IMG/VR virus record: IMGVR_UViG_3300011008_002687
Span: 47,270 to 111,269 of that record
Length of the DNA stretch: 64,000 nucleotides
Reading direction: 5' to 3' (one strand)
From: a virus
Lineage: Duplodnaviria; Caudoviricetes
Program-made: the position numbers and the translations under genes
Notes under the pieces: model-generated
What the model saw: only the letters and a program-made list of their open reading frames with translations
The model's database searches: none
What the model was told of the DNA's origin: nothing
Part shown: one piece after another, positions 1 to 8,113 of the stretch
Layout of the letters: the number at the start of each line of letters is the position of its first letter
Position numbering within the stretch: position 1 is the first letter of the stretch

Positions 1-514
1 AGATAAACTCTGCCACCCAACTGTCTGCGTCGGGGTTGCAGGTGGCTCTCACATATGGAGTAACACCGGAGTCTGTTCTATTTCGGGACAGCATATAAAA
101 AAACTGATGCTCCGTAAAGTGCGTCAGCTCGTCGAAACCGATCATTGCTATCTGTGAACCTTGCCATGATTCGCAATCATCGTCATTATTCAGATGTGCG
201 AAATTGACCGTAGCGCCTTTTGTGAAACACCAATGTAGTTTAGGTGTCTTTAGCGGATAGGCACCTTGCACGTAGCTGTAAACTTTTCTTGCACTATCCC
301 ATAAACCACCGGGGGCGGTTATCTGAGTGTACTCCTTTCGGAATATTACCGCATTGAAGTTTGAATTGTTCATGTGCCGCATTGGTTCCAGGAGTAAGCC
401 GTAGGTCTTTCCTCCACCTGCCGCTCCTCCATAAATACAAATATCTGCAGGAGTAGCCAGGAACCTTTCCTGTGGTCCTTTCTGTGGTGCCAGGATAATC
501 TTATTCTTCGCCAT
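1..514 (-). CDS. terL: Terminase large subunit, N-terminal part (runs off window)
   Basis: Translated by hand from ATG 514: MAKNKIILAPQKGPQERFLATPADICIYGGAAGGGKT (Walker A) ... IGFDELTHF (Walker B) ... RATCNPD. Confidence 0.9.
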   Translation of the reverse strand, partial: MAKNKIILAPQKGPQERFLATPADICIYGGAAGGGKTYGLLLEPMRHMNNSNFNAVIFRKEYTQITAPGGLWDSARKVYSYVQGAYPLKTPKLHWCFTKGATVNFAHLNNDDDCESWQGSQIAMIGFDELTHFTEHQFFYMLSRNRTDSGVTPYVRATCNPDADSWVAEFI

Positions 515-971
515 CGTTATCCCTCCCATTATCCGGAAGATAAATCTGCACTTCCGTATCATCACTGCCACTGTCCGGAAGTTCCATAGGACGGTCTTGC
601 CAACGGTCACGCTGTCTGTTTTTAAGCCAAAAGCACATAGCACCGACATCTGGAGGAACGTGCTTTTTCGTGTTCTCAACTCTGACAGGTTTTACACTTC
701 CGTCTTTGTCATACTCCACGATTTTCTTCTCTTCCACGTAATCATAACCCGTAGCTCTCTCATAGAGACTGCGGATCACCTTCGCATCTGATACGCCTTT
801 TCCCTTTGACAATGCCTCCGCAAATGTCGGATGATCTTTCTTCCAACGGCCTATGGTTCGTTTCGATACACCCATTGCTTCGGCTATCTCTTCCTCGGTG
901 GCACCCATAGCGGCCAAAGACCACGCCCAATCATCATGGTAGTCGGCATTGTACTTTGGTTGTGCCGCCAT
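501..971 (-). CDS. terS: Terminase small subunit (HTH)
   Basis: N-terminal HTH (EEIAEAMGVSKRTIGRWK), PPDVGAMCFWLKNR motif, directly upstream of TerL. Confidence 0.8.
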   Translation of the reverse strand: MAAQPKYNADYHDDWAWSLAAMGATEEEIAEAMGVSKRTIGRWKKDHPTFAEALSKGKGVSDAKVIRSLYERATGYDYVEEKKIVEYDKDGSVKPVRVENTKKHVPPDVGAMCFWLKNRQRDRWQDRPMELPDSGSDDTEVQIYLPDNGRDNDGEE

Positions 972-977
972 ACGCTA

Positions 978-1904
978 TTAACTCCCGGCTATATAGTCAG
1001 CGCAAAGGTACTCAATAAGCTGCCACCGGTTTTTGCTTGTTATGGTGCCTTCTTTCTCCGCTTTCTTGATTGCCTGCTGTATTACCTTAGCCGCCTCGCC
1101 TGGTACTGCGTTGCTGCCAAAGAGCTTTGTCAAGTAGGTCCAATCCTCTTCCTCATTGTACCCTGCGTCGTCCATCTTCTCGTTGACCGACTGCACCATA
1201 GAGTGAACTGCTGCTCCGACATTTCGGATGTCCGTAAATTTCTGATACTTCGCAAGTGCCTCTACGAACTCCTGGCACTGATCGTATGCCGCTACTCCGA
1301 TGATGTCCGGAGAAGTGATTTCCAGGTTCTTCACAAGTGCATCCATATCTTTGACCTGGTGCGGCAGAAACGAAAAGGTCACATTCTTAAAATCAAAAGA
1401 AACCGCAGGGCTGAGCATTTTGTCATACTCAGATAGCGGCTCTTCCAATATGTCCTTGCCTATGAAACTCTCGATCATATCATCAACATCGGTTATCATC
1501 TTCACGATTTCCCGGAGCGTCGAATCATCATCGAATCCGGAGATCGCATTGTGTGCCAACTGCTTTGCGGCAATTTGACTTCGAGATAACCCGCTTTCAT
1601 CCACAAGAGCGATAATCTCTTTCAAACCCGCCGCCCTTGCGCTTTTTATTCGGTGGTGGCCGGATATGATCTCGATTACTCCGTCCACATTCACCAGGAG
1701 AGGCAGGCTTTCAAGCTGTCCTCTCTTCGCTATGTTGGCCGTCAACTGATCCTGCATCTCATTCTTCATAATGCGGGCGTTGATGTCCTGCTCTTTCAAT
1801 TTGTCAATGGGTACCTTCGCTATTACTAAGCCGGAACCCATATCATAAATCACTTCGTAGTTTTTGCTCTGCTCTCCTGCCATTTGATTTCCCTCCTTAG
1901 CCAT
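978..1904 (-). CDS. ParB/Srx-like N-terminal domain protein
   Basis: NAR...LTANI...PLL...IISGHHRIKSA...HN motif pattern; probable start MAGEQ near 1883. Confidence 0.75.
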   Translation of the reverse strand: MAKEGNQMAGEQSKNYEVIYDMGSGLVIAKVPIDKLKEQDINARIMKNEMQDQLTANIAKRGQLESLPLLVNVDGVIEIISGHHRIKSARAAGLKEIIALVDESGLSRSQIAAKQLAHNAISGFDDDSTLREIVKMITDVDDMIESFIGKDILEEPLSEYDKMLSPAVSFDFKNVTFSFLPHQVKDMDALVKNLEITSPDIIGVAAYDQCQEFVEALAKYQKFTDIRNVGAAVHSMVQSVNEKMDDAGYNEEEDWTYLTKLFGSNAVPGEAAKVIQQAIKKAEKEGTITSKNRWQLIEYLCADYIAGS

Positions 1905-3250
1905 TCAATCATTGTCTGATGTTCGTTTCTTCCCTCAACCAGTTCAGCCTCATATGTCAGCTTATAGCCGTTCTGCTTATCCTCTGCCCTATTTACCAGT
2001 TTCATGATGCCCCGTACCTCTTTGTTTTCCGGGTACTTGGTAAGCATAGCAGTCCGCATTTTTACGACCTTTTCCCGGTCTATGGTGTCAAGGAGCGTAT
2101 CAACAAAGCCTCTGTTCTGTGCAAGCATATAGCATAACCGCCCCAAGCGGTATTTCTCGTGTGGTACCTTCATCACATACCACACAAATACGGAATCAGC
2201 CGCCATCTTCGATATGCCGAAAACTCCGGCCACATATCCGTCTATCAGCAACGCCCTGTTCCAAGTAGCTGAGGAACCGACAAAGTTATGCGTCCATAGC
2301 ACTCTGTAATACTGGGCTGTTGCCGCCTTAATCGGTATGATCTGCACCTTGCTTTCCTCGGTTATCACATGGTCCCTGGGTAGCATACTGCAGTCAAGCG
2401 GTTCCAGTTTACTCTCTGCAGGACGCTTGATCTTCTTTCCATTCGCAAGGGCCGTTGCCTCTTCCTCCCGGTTCGTAGTGATGTAAGCATTGAGGTCTGC
2501 CCTGGTACCGGACCGGGCGTATATCGTATAGCCTACTGCCTCGCCTACTTTCTTTTCCTGGTAGCAAAGCACCAATGCCTTTGCGTCCATGCACATATCA
2601 TAGAACTGCTTATGTCCTGTCTCCGGATCAAACAACTGGTACTCCGGTTCCTTCCAGGTCATTTTCCCCTGGGTGTCGTAGAACTTCTCATATCCGGAGA
2701 AGTATGTCGGCGGATTCGCTATCACGATAGCGTGGGGATCATCCAGTACCTCTTCCAAGTGTTTCCACATATCAAGCGGTCTGTAACTCATGCCATGCAG
2801 GAGATTTCTCACAACCTCAATCTGCCGATTGATGCTCTCAATATGTTCTGCTCTTCGCTCTCTGAGGTCAACAAGCATATTGTGAAAATACTCGTTGCCC
2901 GCACTCTTCGATGTTCTGAGGTACAACTGTGCGTACAATGCCGTTGCAGGATCAAGCAGCTCTTCATCACTAAAGCCTTGTGCATGAATTTCCAAAGGCT
3001 CCAATGACTGCCCTGTTATCGCATACCCAAGCACCGTAGGCATCATAGACACATCACTCGTCTCGATCTGCTCCGGCTTAAATCCATTCTGCACTGCAAG
3101 ATTGCTCATTGCGAATGTTCCGGCACAAGGCTCAACGAACCTCGTATAGCCCGACTTCGCTGCTGTCTCAATCAATTTCACGAGAAAACGCTGCTCGGAT
3201 GTTCCCAGGCACCCAAGAAACATTGCTCCCGGATTCATAAAAAATGCCAT
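1850..3250 (-). CDS. Adenine DNA methyltransferase-like domain fused to a probable Mom-like/GNAT C-terminal domain
   Basis: FVEPCAGT (SAM-binding motif I) and IANPPTY (motif IV-like); C-terminal IPIKAATAQYYRVLWTH...LLIDGYVAGVFG resembles the start of Mom-family proteins. Confidence 0.6.
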   Translation of the reverse strand: MAFFMNPGAMFLGCLGTSEQRFLVKLIETAAKSGYTRFVEPCAGTFAMSNLAVQNGFKPEQIETSDVSMMPTVLGYAITGQSLEPLEIHAQGFSDEELLDPATALYAQLYLRTSKSAGNEYFHNMLVDLRERRAEHIESINRQIEVVRNLLHGMSYRPLDMWKHLEEVLDDPHAIVIANPPTYFSGYEKFYDTQGKMTWKEPEYQLFDPETGHKQFYDMCMDAKALVLCYQEKKVGEAVGYTIYARSGTRADLNAYITTNREEEATALANGKKIKRPAESKLEPLDCSMLPRDHVITEESKVQIIPIKAATAQYYRVLWTHNFVGSSATWNRALLIDGYVAGVFGISKMAADSVFVWYVMKVPHEKYRLGRLCYMLAQNRGFVDTLLDTIDREKVVKMRTAMLTKYPENKEVRGIMKLVNRAEDKQNGYKLTYEAELVEGRNEHQTMIEWLRREIKWQESRAKTTK

Positions 3251-3288
3251 TGCCCTCTGTCACTCCTTTCTTTTTGTTCAAAATATAC

Positions 3289-3344
3289 AAAAAGCTGAGG
3301 TCAGCCAAAGTATCAACCCCGTAATTTTTGATACCCACCTCAGC
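3289..3344 (-). terminator. Long hairpin with U-tract upstream of the MTase-fusion gene
   Basis: GCTGAGGT...GTATCAA-N11-TTGATAC...ACCTCAGC-TTTTT on minus strand. Confidence 0.55.
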
Positions 3345-3353
3345 ACATTGCAC

Positions 3354-3387
3354 AAAAAAGGCACCGTACCCTGCCGGATGCGATGCC
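3354..3387 (-). terminator. Intrinsic terminator just downstream of the tRNA-like gene
   Basis: GGCATCGCATCC-GGCA-GGGTACGGTGCC followed by TTTTTT. Confidence 0.7.
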
Positions 3388-3395
3388 GTTGTTTT

Positions 3396-3467
3396 TGGAC
3401 CGGAACCCCACAATGAAGTGGAATCTCTCTGATGGAATCAGAACGTGCTACTTTACACCAGTTCCGG
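3396..3467 (-). tRNA. Atypical tRNA-Gly (anticodon TCC), CCA encoded
   Basis: Cloverleaf folded by hand: acceptor CCGGAAC/GTTCCGG, D arm GTGT-AAAGTA-GCAC, anticodon arm TTCTG-ATTCCAT-CAGAG, T arm TCCAC-TTCATT-GTGGG, discriminator T, CCA end. D loop lacks GG and T loop is 6 nt. Confidence 0.75.
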
Positions 3468-3472
3468 ATATA

Positions 3473-3988
3473 TTAAATCCCTGCCCCTACCAAATCGAAG
3501 ATGCTCATTTGCTTTGCCTCTTCCTGTGCAGGTTTCTTATTGTCAACCTTACTCTCTGCCTTTTTCTCCGCAGGCTTAGGTTTCTTTACCTTCGGCTCCG
3601 ACGGATCGGGCAGCTCTTCAATCAACTCGCCTGTGTTCTCAGCCCACCATTCTGCGAATACCGTTCTGTGACACCAATCTTCCGGGATTCTCACATCCTC
3701 ATAACAGAGCAGGACTAACTCTTTTCCTTCGTCCTGGGCTTTCTTATCGAGCCTCTCGACCATGTTTATGATCTTCTCTGTGCCGATGTCCTCTAACTTT
3801 CCGTAGTATGCAGGCTTGAAATCTTCAAGGCTCATGTTCAGCATATATCCCTTCGGTGCCAGGGAGAAACACTGCTCTCTCAGCTCGTAGCCAAGCGGCC
3901 ACTTTGGTTTCCCTATACTGATCCCTACCGGATAATACTTACCACTCTGCAATTCTTTGTTGCTGTACCGACTAACCCAAATAGCCAT
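3473..3988 (-). CDS. DUF488-like protein
   Basis: LAP...Y...LVLLCYE...WCHR motif pattern; AAGGAG RBS. Confidence 0.6.
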   Translation of the reverse strand: MAIWVSRYSNKELQSGKYYPVGISIGKPKWPLGYELREQCFSLAPKGYMLNMSLEDFKPAYYGKLEDIGTEKIINMVERLDKKAQDEGKELVLLCYEDVRIPEDWCHRTVFAEWWAENTGELIEELPDPSEPKVKKPKPAEKKAESKVDNKKPAQEEAKQMSIFDLVGAGI

Positions 3989-4025
3989 TTCAAATCACTC
4001 CTTTAACCAGTTATTCTTTGATAAT

Positions 4026-4034
4026 ATTATACCA
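4026..4034. other. Probable att core (left junction), which is also an extended -10 element TGGTATAAT on the minus strand
   Basis: ATTATACCA also at 50009..50017 after the integrase and its terminator. Confidence 0.65.
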
Positions 4035-4129
4035 CAATTTTTCCCGTTCTTAAAGTCTGCAATATGCTGAATTTTCGCCATTTGTTCAGTATTTCAGACG
4101 GCAGAAAACGATATAAAACGGTGGTATTT

Positions 4130-4147
4130 AGTAACAAATTAGAAACA
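4130..4147 (+). repeat. 18-bp direct repeat AGTAACAAATTAGAAACA, copy 1 (probable integrase arm-type site)
   Basis: Exact match at 49940..49957. Confidence 0.85.
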
Positions 4148-4164
4148 CGGTTCCGACATCCGGA

Positions 4165-5049
4165 TCAGACCTTCTTCAGGTACAGACTGGACGTGAAACC
4201 AGTGTACTTGGTGCCGTTGTAGGTCACCTGAATGTACAGCCACTTTCGGCCATTGGACTTGTCCACACTGTAGTAGCCGTAGTTCATGACCTTCAGACCA
4301 ACAGGCAGGACAACCATGGCCTTGTTTCCGGTACCGGCACCGTGCCGCATATAAACGGCAGCAGTGGTGACGTACTGTCCGGCCAGCTTCTTGTCAAAGC
4401 CCGTGGCATAGCCGGTTGCCCTGACTTCCTTCACCTTGCCGCTGGTGCTTCCGGATCCTGAACCGGATCCGCTGCCGGAACCAGTTCCGGAACCGCTGCT
4501 GGATCCACCAGCCTTGGCACCATCATCAAGTGCCATGACGGTATGACCGGAACTGACAAGCACGTCACCACGCTTCAGGTAGTCAGAAGATCCGGTGTAC
4601 TTCTTATCCGTCAGGATTTCATACTTGCCGGTCTTCTGATAGGCATTCTTCATGGTGCTGCACACCAGGGCATTTCCGGTATATTCCAGTTCCTTGACAC
4701 CGGCCAGGATAGCCAGCACGGTCTGGAAAGAACTGCAATCCGCTTCCGTGGCCACCTTGGACTTGATGTACTTGTCCACGTCATAGCCGTTTGCCTTCAG
4801 CTGATCATGCAGCGTGTTCCGCTGGGACTGGTCATAGCCTACCAGGTTGCTGTTGCACAGCTTTTCACATGCAGCGGCAGACTTTTCTGCCACAGCCGGA
4901 TCCTTCGGTCTAATGACAACCAGCCAGTCCTTGTTGTACCAGTAGGAAATCTTCACTTCAAGGCCGGTCTGGTCACCAGCCTTGGCACGTCCGTCCCATC
5001 CGGCATTGCCGTTTTCAGAAATGGACGCATGTCCGATTCTCACAGCCAT
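4165..5049 (-). CDS. Endolysin (NlpC/P60-CHAP-like catalytic domain, Gly/Ser linker, SH3b-like C-terminus)
   Basis: DCSS and GHT catalytic motifs, GSGSGSGS linker, last gene of late operon after holins. Confidence 0.8.
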   Translation of the reverse strand: MAVRIGHASISENGNAGWDGRAKAGDQTGLEVKISYWYNKDWLVVIRPKDPAVAEKSAAACEKLCNSNLVGYDQSQRNTLHDQLKANGYDVDKYIKSKVATEADCSSFQTVLAILAGVKELEYTGNALVCSTMKNAYQKTGKYEILTDKKYTGSSDYLKRGDVLVSSGHTVMALDDGAKAGGSSSGSGTGSGSGSGSGSGSTSGKVKEVRATGYATGFDKKLAGQYVTTAAVYMRHGAGTGNKAMVVLPVGLKVMNYGYYSVDKSNGRKWLYIQVTYNGTKYTGFTSSLYLKKV

Positions 5050-5059
5050 TGTGTTCACC

Positions 5060-5365
5060 TCACTTCTTTTCAAAATAAGCCATCAGCTTGTCAAAGCCGA
5101 ACATTGCAGCATAGGCCACCATGATGCCCACAATGACGAATGCAGCAACCAGATACCATGTCAGCATCATGCCATTCATCTGCCAGTAGGCAATGAACAC
5201 ACCCACCGTCAGAACAATGGACAGGCACAGCACAAAGATGTTGATCACCTTGGACGTACTAAGCCAGCTGAAGGATTTCTTCATCACTTCAGTGATGATG
5301 TTGACAAAAATGGTCAGAATTCCGACAATGATCAGAACCTGACTGATGATAGTTGAATAGTCCAT
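5060..5365 (-). CDS. Holin (3 predicted TM segments)
   Basis: Small hydrophobic protein directly upstream of endolysin. Confidence 0.7.
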   Translation of the reverse strand: MDYSTIISQVLIIVGILTIFVNIITEVMKKSFSWLSTSKVINIFVLCLSIVLTVGVFIAYWQMNGMMLTWYLVAAFVIVGIMVAYAAMFGFDKLMAYFEKK

Positions 5366-5383
5366 ATAGACGCACTTCCTTTC

Positions 5384-5707
5384 TTATCCCTTGGGTTCTT
5401 CTTCAGATGCAGAAAGATCAGGATCCGGCTGATCACCGGATCCCGTCTTCCTGATTTTGAACACGTTTTCAGCGCCTGCCTTGATGAAGTACCCAAAGAC
5501 ACAGGTGATCAGCACGTTGGTGGACAGTTCCATGAACGTCCCCAGATTGCTGTAATCACCGGAAACCATCATCACGATTGCAGAATAAAAGAAGGCTATG
5601 ACGTACAGCACAAAGCACGTGGCCACAACCTTCTTTGAAAATTCCCACAACCATGACAGCTTGGTCTGTTTCTTCTTTGAATGCTTATCCTTCATCCACA
5701 GCGCCAC
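5384..5707 (-). CDS. Small membrane protein of lysis cassette
   Basis: Two hydrophobic segments; position. Confidence 0.5.
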   Translation of the reverse strand: MALWMKDKHSKKKQTKLSWLWEFSKKVVATCFVLYVIAFFYSAIVMMVSGDYSNLGTFMELSTNVLITCVFGYFIKAGAENVFKIRKTGSGDQPDPDLSASEEEPKG

Positions 5708-6008
5708 TTGTTCCTTTCCCTTCCAAGAAGTTGATCCGTTTCCATGCAGATTTCAGGGATTCATCCAGACGGATGATCTTTTCAGTGTTTCCCTTCACGT
5801 CTTCTTTCAGGCTTTTCAGATCATTCTTGATTTCAGCAGTGTCACGGCCTATGCCTTCCAGCTTGACAATGACGGTGGTCAGGTCACTGGCTTCCCGTTT
5901 GTCATCAGAAGACTTGTTCCTTTTCAGATTGGCAATACCTGTGTAGATGCTGAAGGCAAGGGAAACAGCGGAAATCAGCAGTGCAATTTCAATAGTCATG
6001 TTGTTCAC
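5685..6008 (-). CDS. TM plus coiled-coil protein (holin-associated/XhlA-like)
   Basis: N-terminal TM followed by heptad coiled coil. Confidence 0.5.
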   Translation of the reverse strand: MNNMTIEIALLISAVSLAFSIYTGIANLKRNKSSDDKREASDLTTVIVKLEGIGRDTAEIKNDLKSLKEDVKGNTEKIIRLDESLKSAWKRINFLEGKGTSGAVDEG

Positions 6009-6089
6009 CTTTCCCTTCCGTCAGAAAGTGCCGTCAGACCTTATATAACGGTCATATACGGCACTTTCCAGCGTACTTGATATTTTCCC

Positions 6090-6224
6090 TTATCCTTCAT
6101 CAGGAACCTTGTCAGGATAGCCAGCATCAATGACAGCCTGTCTGACAGCAGGCTTCAGGGCAGCAGGCACCTGTTCAAAGGTCATCCGGTCATGAATGAT
6201 CAGGTTGGCATACACTTTTACCAT
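6090..6224 (-). CDS. Small phage protein, CD1375-like (44 aa; not in ORF track)
   Basis: MVKVYANLIIHDRMTFEQVPAALKPAVRQAV...; RBS AAGGAAGG. Confidence 0.65.
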   Translation of the reverse strand: MVKVYANLIIHDRMTFEQVPAALKPAVRQAVIDAGYPDKVPDEG

Positions 6225-6242
6225 GGTTCACACCTTCCTTTC

Positions 6243-6512
6243 TTACACCGTCAGAAGTCCGTAGACTTCCACCAGGCCTTCCTGGGTGTCCAGGATCTGA
6301 CTTTCAAGATCAGCCTGCTTGTCAGACTGCATCTTGATGTATTCATCCTTGTCATACTGCACCAGGTCATATTCATAACCGGTGAAGCCAGGTTCATCAT
6401 CCGTGCCTTCGGTGTTGATTGCCGTCACGTTGCTGGCAATCCAAACACTGAATTCATCCACCACAAGGGGTTCAGGCTGCACGGTTGCCTGTACACGTCC
6501 ATGATTGATCAT
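6243..6512 (-). CDS. Tail-fibre-associated small protein
   Basis: Likely start MINHG after AAGG RBS; overlaps 3' end of RT. Confidence 0.55.
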   Translation of the reverse strand: MINHGRVQATVQPEPLVVDEFSVWIASNVTAINTEGTDDEPGFTGYEYDLVQYDKDEYIKMQSDKQADLESQILDTQEGLVEVYGLLTV

Positions 6513-7662
6513 TTTCCTTACTTCCTTTCTTGATGTGTTTGAAATAGTATGCATCAGCGTATGGCTGAAGCGGATCCAGATACTTTTCAGTCAGACGGTG
6601 ACTGTCACAGTGGATCAGCCAGCCCTTATAGGAAGCAATGCTGCACCACTCTGAATAGTTCATTTCCTTGCCGGATTCCACCTTCTTCAGCAATCTGGTC
6701 ATCTTGTCCTTCATCTGATTGCAAGTGGACTTTCTAAGAAGGGTGTATTCCTTGAAGATCCGGTATCCAACAAAATCCACACCACGCTGATACGTGGGGA
6801 AGATCTGATAATTCCCTTTGATCCTCAAATTCAGTTCAGACTTCAGGTAGTCACCCATAGCTGCCAGGATCCTGTGAAGTTCTTCCTTGGTACTGGCAAA
6901 CACACAGATGTCATCCATGTATCTGTAGTAGTGCTTCACGTGAAGCACTTCCTTCATGAAGTGATCAAAGTCCGACAGGTAGAAGTTGCCGTCATATTGT
7001 GAAAAGTAGTTGCCTATGGGAATGCCAATACCATCAATGAACTGTTCATCCTTTCGCTGAACAATGGCAACGGTCTTTCCCAGTGACCTGTAAAACGCTA
7101 TGTTTTCATCCGTGGCCGGACAGGTGCTGATACTGTCAATGATTTCATCAATGACCTGAAGCAGTTCAGGATCCTTGTATTTCTTCCGGTACTTTGCCTT
7201 CAGGATGTCATGGTCAATGCTTGGATAGAACTTCTGACAGTCAATCTTGCAGCAGAACCGCAATTCATCAGGCACGGTGTCCACAGCGTTCCGAAGTTTC
7301 TTGAAGGCTGCATGTATTCCTTTATTTGGTATGGCTGAATAGGTATCATCCGTAAAGTGTGCCAACAGCTGTGGTTCAATCACCTGAATGATTGCCCATT
7401 GTGCTATCCTGTCAGGGAAGAACGGCAGCTTGTAGATTTCACGGACTTTGTTTCCCTCTTTCCGAAGGAACATTTCATAGCTGGAAGTGTGATAATCATG
7501 GTTGATCATCATTTCCTGAAGCAGCCCTAAGTAGTACCAGATATTCTTTTCAATTTCCCTTACTTCTTGATACCAGCCTTTTCCTTTCTTGGCATTCTTA
7601 TATGCCCGGTACAGATTGTCCATTGAAACAATCTTTTCAAATAAATAACCATAACGCTTCAC
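6472..7662 (-). CDS. DGR reverse transcriptase
   Basis: KxR-I, PFFPDRIAQ, KIDCQKFYPSI, GIPIGNYFSQ, RYMDD, DFVGY motifs; likely GTG start 7662 (VKRYGYLFEKI) after AAAGGA; adjacent to TR. Confidence 0.95.
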   Translation of the reverse strand: MKRYGYLFEKIVSMDNLYRAYKNAKKGKGWYQEVREIEKNIWYYLGLLQEMMINHDYHTSSYEMFLRKEGNKVREIYKLPFFPDRIAQWAIIQVIEPQLLAHFTDDTYSAIPNKGIHAAFKKLRNAVDTVPDELRFCCKIDCQKFYPSIDHDILKAKYRKKYKDPELLQVIDEIIDSISTCPATDENIAFYRSLGKTVAIVQRKDEQFIDGIGIPIGNYFSQYDGNFYLSDFDHFMKEVLHVKHYYRYMDDICVFASTKEELHRILAAMGDYLKSELNLRIKGNYQIFPTYQRGVDFVGYRIFKEYTLLRKSTCNQMKDKMTRLLKKVESGKEMNYSEWCSIASYKGWLIHCDSHRLTEKYLDPLQPYADAYYFKHIKKGSKENDQSWTCTGNRAA

Positions 7663-7872
7663 AGTGTTTCCTTTGTATGCACTAAGCCGAACCTTCGACA
7701 CGCACCGGAACCGGTGCATCCTACCAGTACAGCCTGTTTAGAATTTTGTCAGTGTTTTGCCAAGCGGCACGGTGACACGGTTGCAGTTCAAACTGGATGC
7801 AGAACACGCTGCATCACTTATTTATTGAAACACCCACCCGGTGTTGACCGGATGGGTGCTTTTTAGTGCATG

Positions 7873-8005
7873 TACTGACTGCCTGGAGATATTCCGATTA
7901 CGATTAGAAGACGAATTATTCAGATTCCGATTGAAGATCCTGGCTTTCAAGGCATTATTCCATTTACCACTGGATTTAGCTACATGCCAACTGGTGTTAC
8001 CATTT
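7873..8005 (-). repeat. DGR template repeat (TR)
   Basis: 133-bp ungapped match to 8153..8285; all 25 mismatches are at TR adenines (coding strand). Confidence 0.97.
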
Positions 8006-8113
8006 AGACTTTTTTGCTTTTTTCCAGTAGCCATGTGTGGTCTTCCACCTATCTTGCAAATAATCCGACTGTATAACCACGTCACCTATAGTTCTATGTT
8101 TCAGGCTATTGCC

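Larger units (their letters stand above)
1..4025 (-). mobile_element. Outer prophage, left segment (start of late/packaging operon; continues beyond window)
   Basis: Terminase genes and DNA-modification-like genes; rich in CTC/GAG/TCG like 50018..64000; joins that segment to rebuild a promoter. Confidence 0.8.

Noticed and set aside
3396-3467. tRNA as integration-site remnant
   Set aside because: No duplicated 3' tRNA fragment seen near either integrase; the junction lies ~560 bp away
3168-3718. Small ORFs 3168..3413 (-) and 3383..3718 (+)
   Set aside because: They overlap terminators, the tRNA and real genes; no coding features
4440-4510. GGATCC/GGAACC repeats as a regulatory array
   Set aside because: They encode the Gly/Ser linker of the endolysin
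6472-7719. RT as group II intron, retron or Abi RT
   Set aside because: Adjacent TR/VR pair with A-only mismatches identifies a DGR; no maturase/endonuclease extension seen
7822-8085. 87-aa ORF spanning TR as a possible accessory gene
   Set aside because: Asn-rich frame mirrors the VR frame; no clear RBS; not Avd-like
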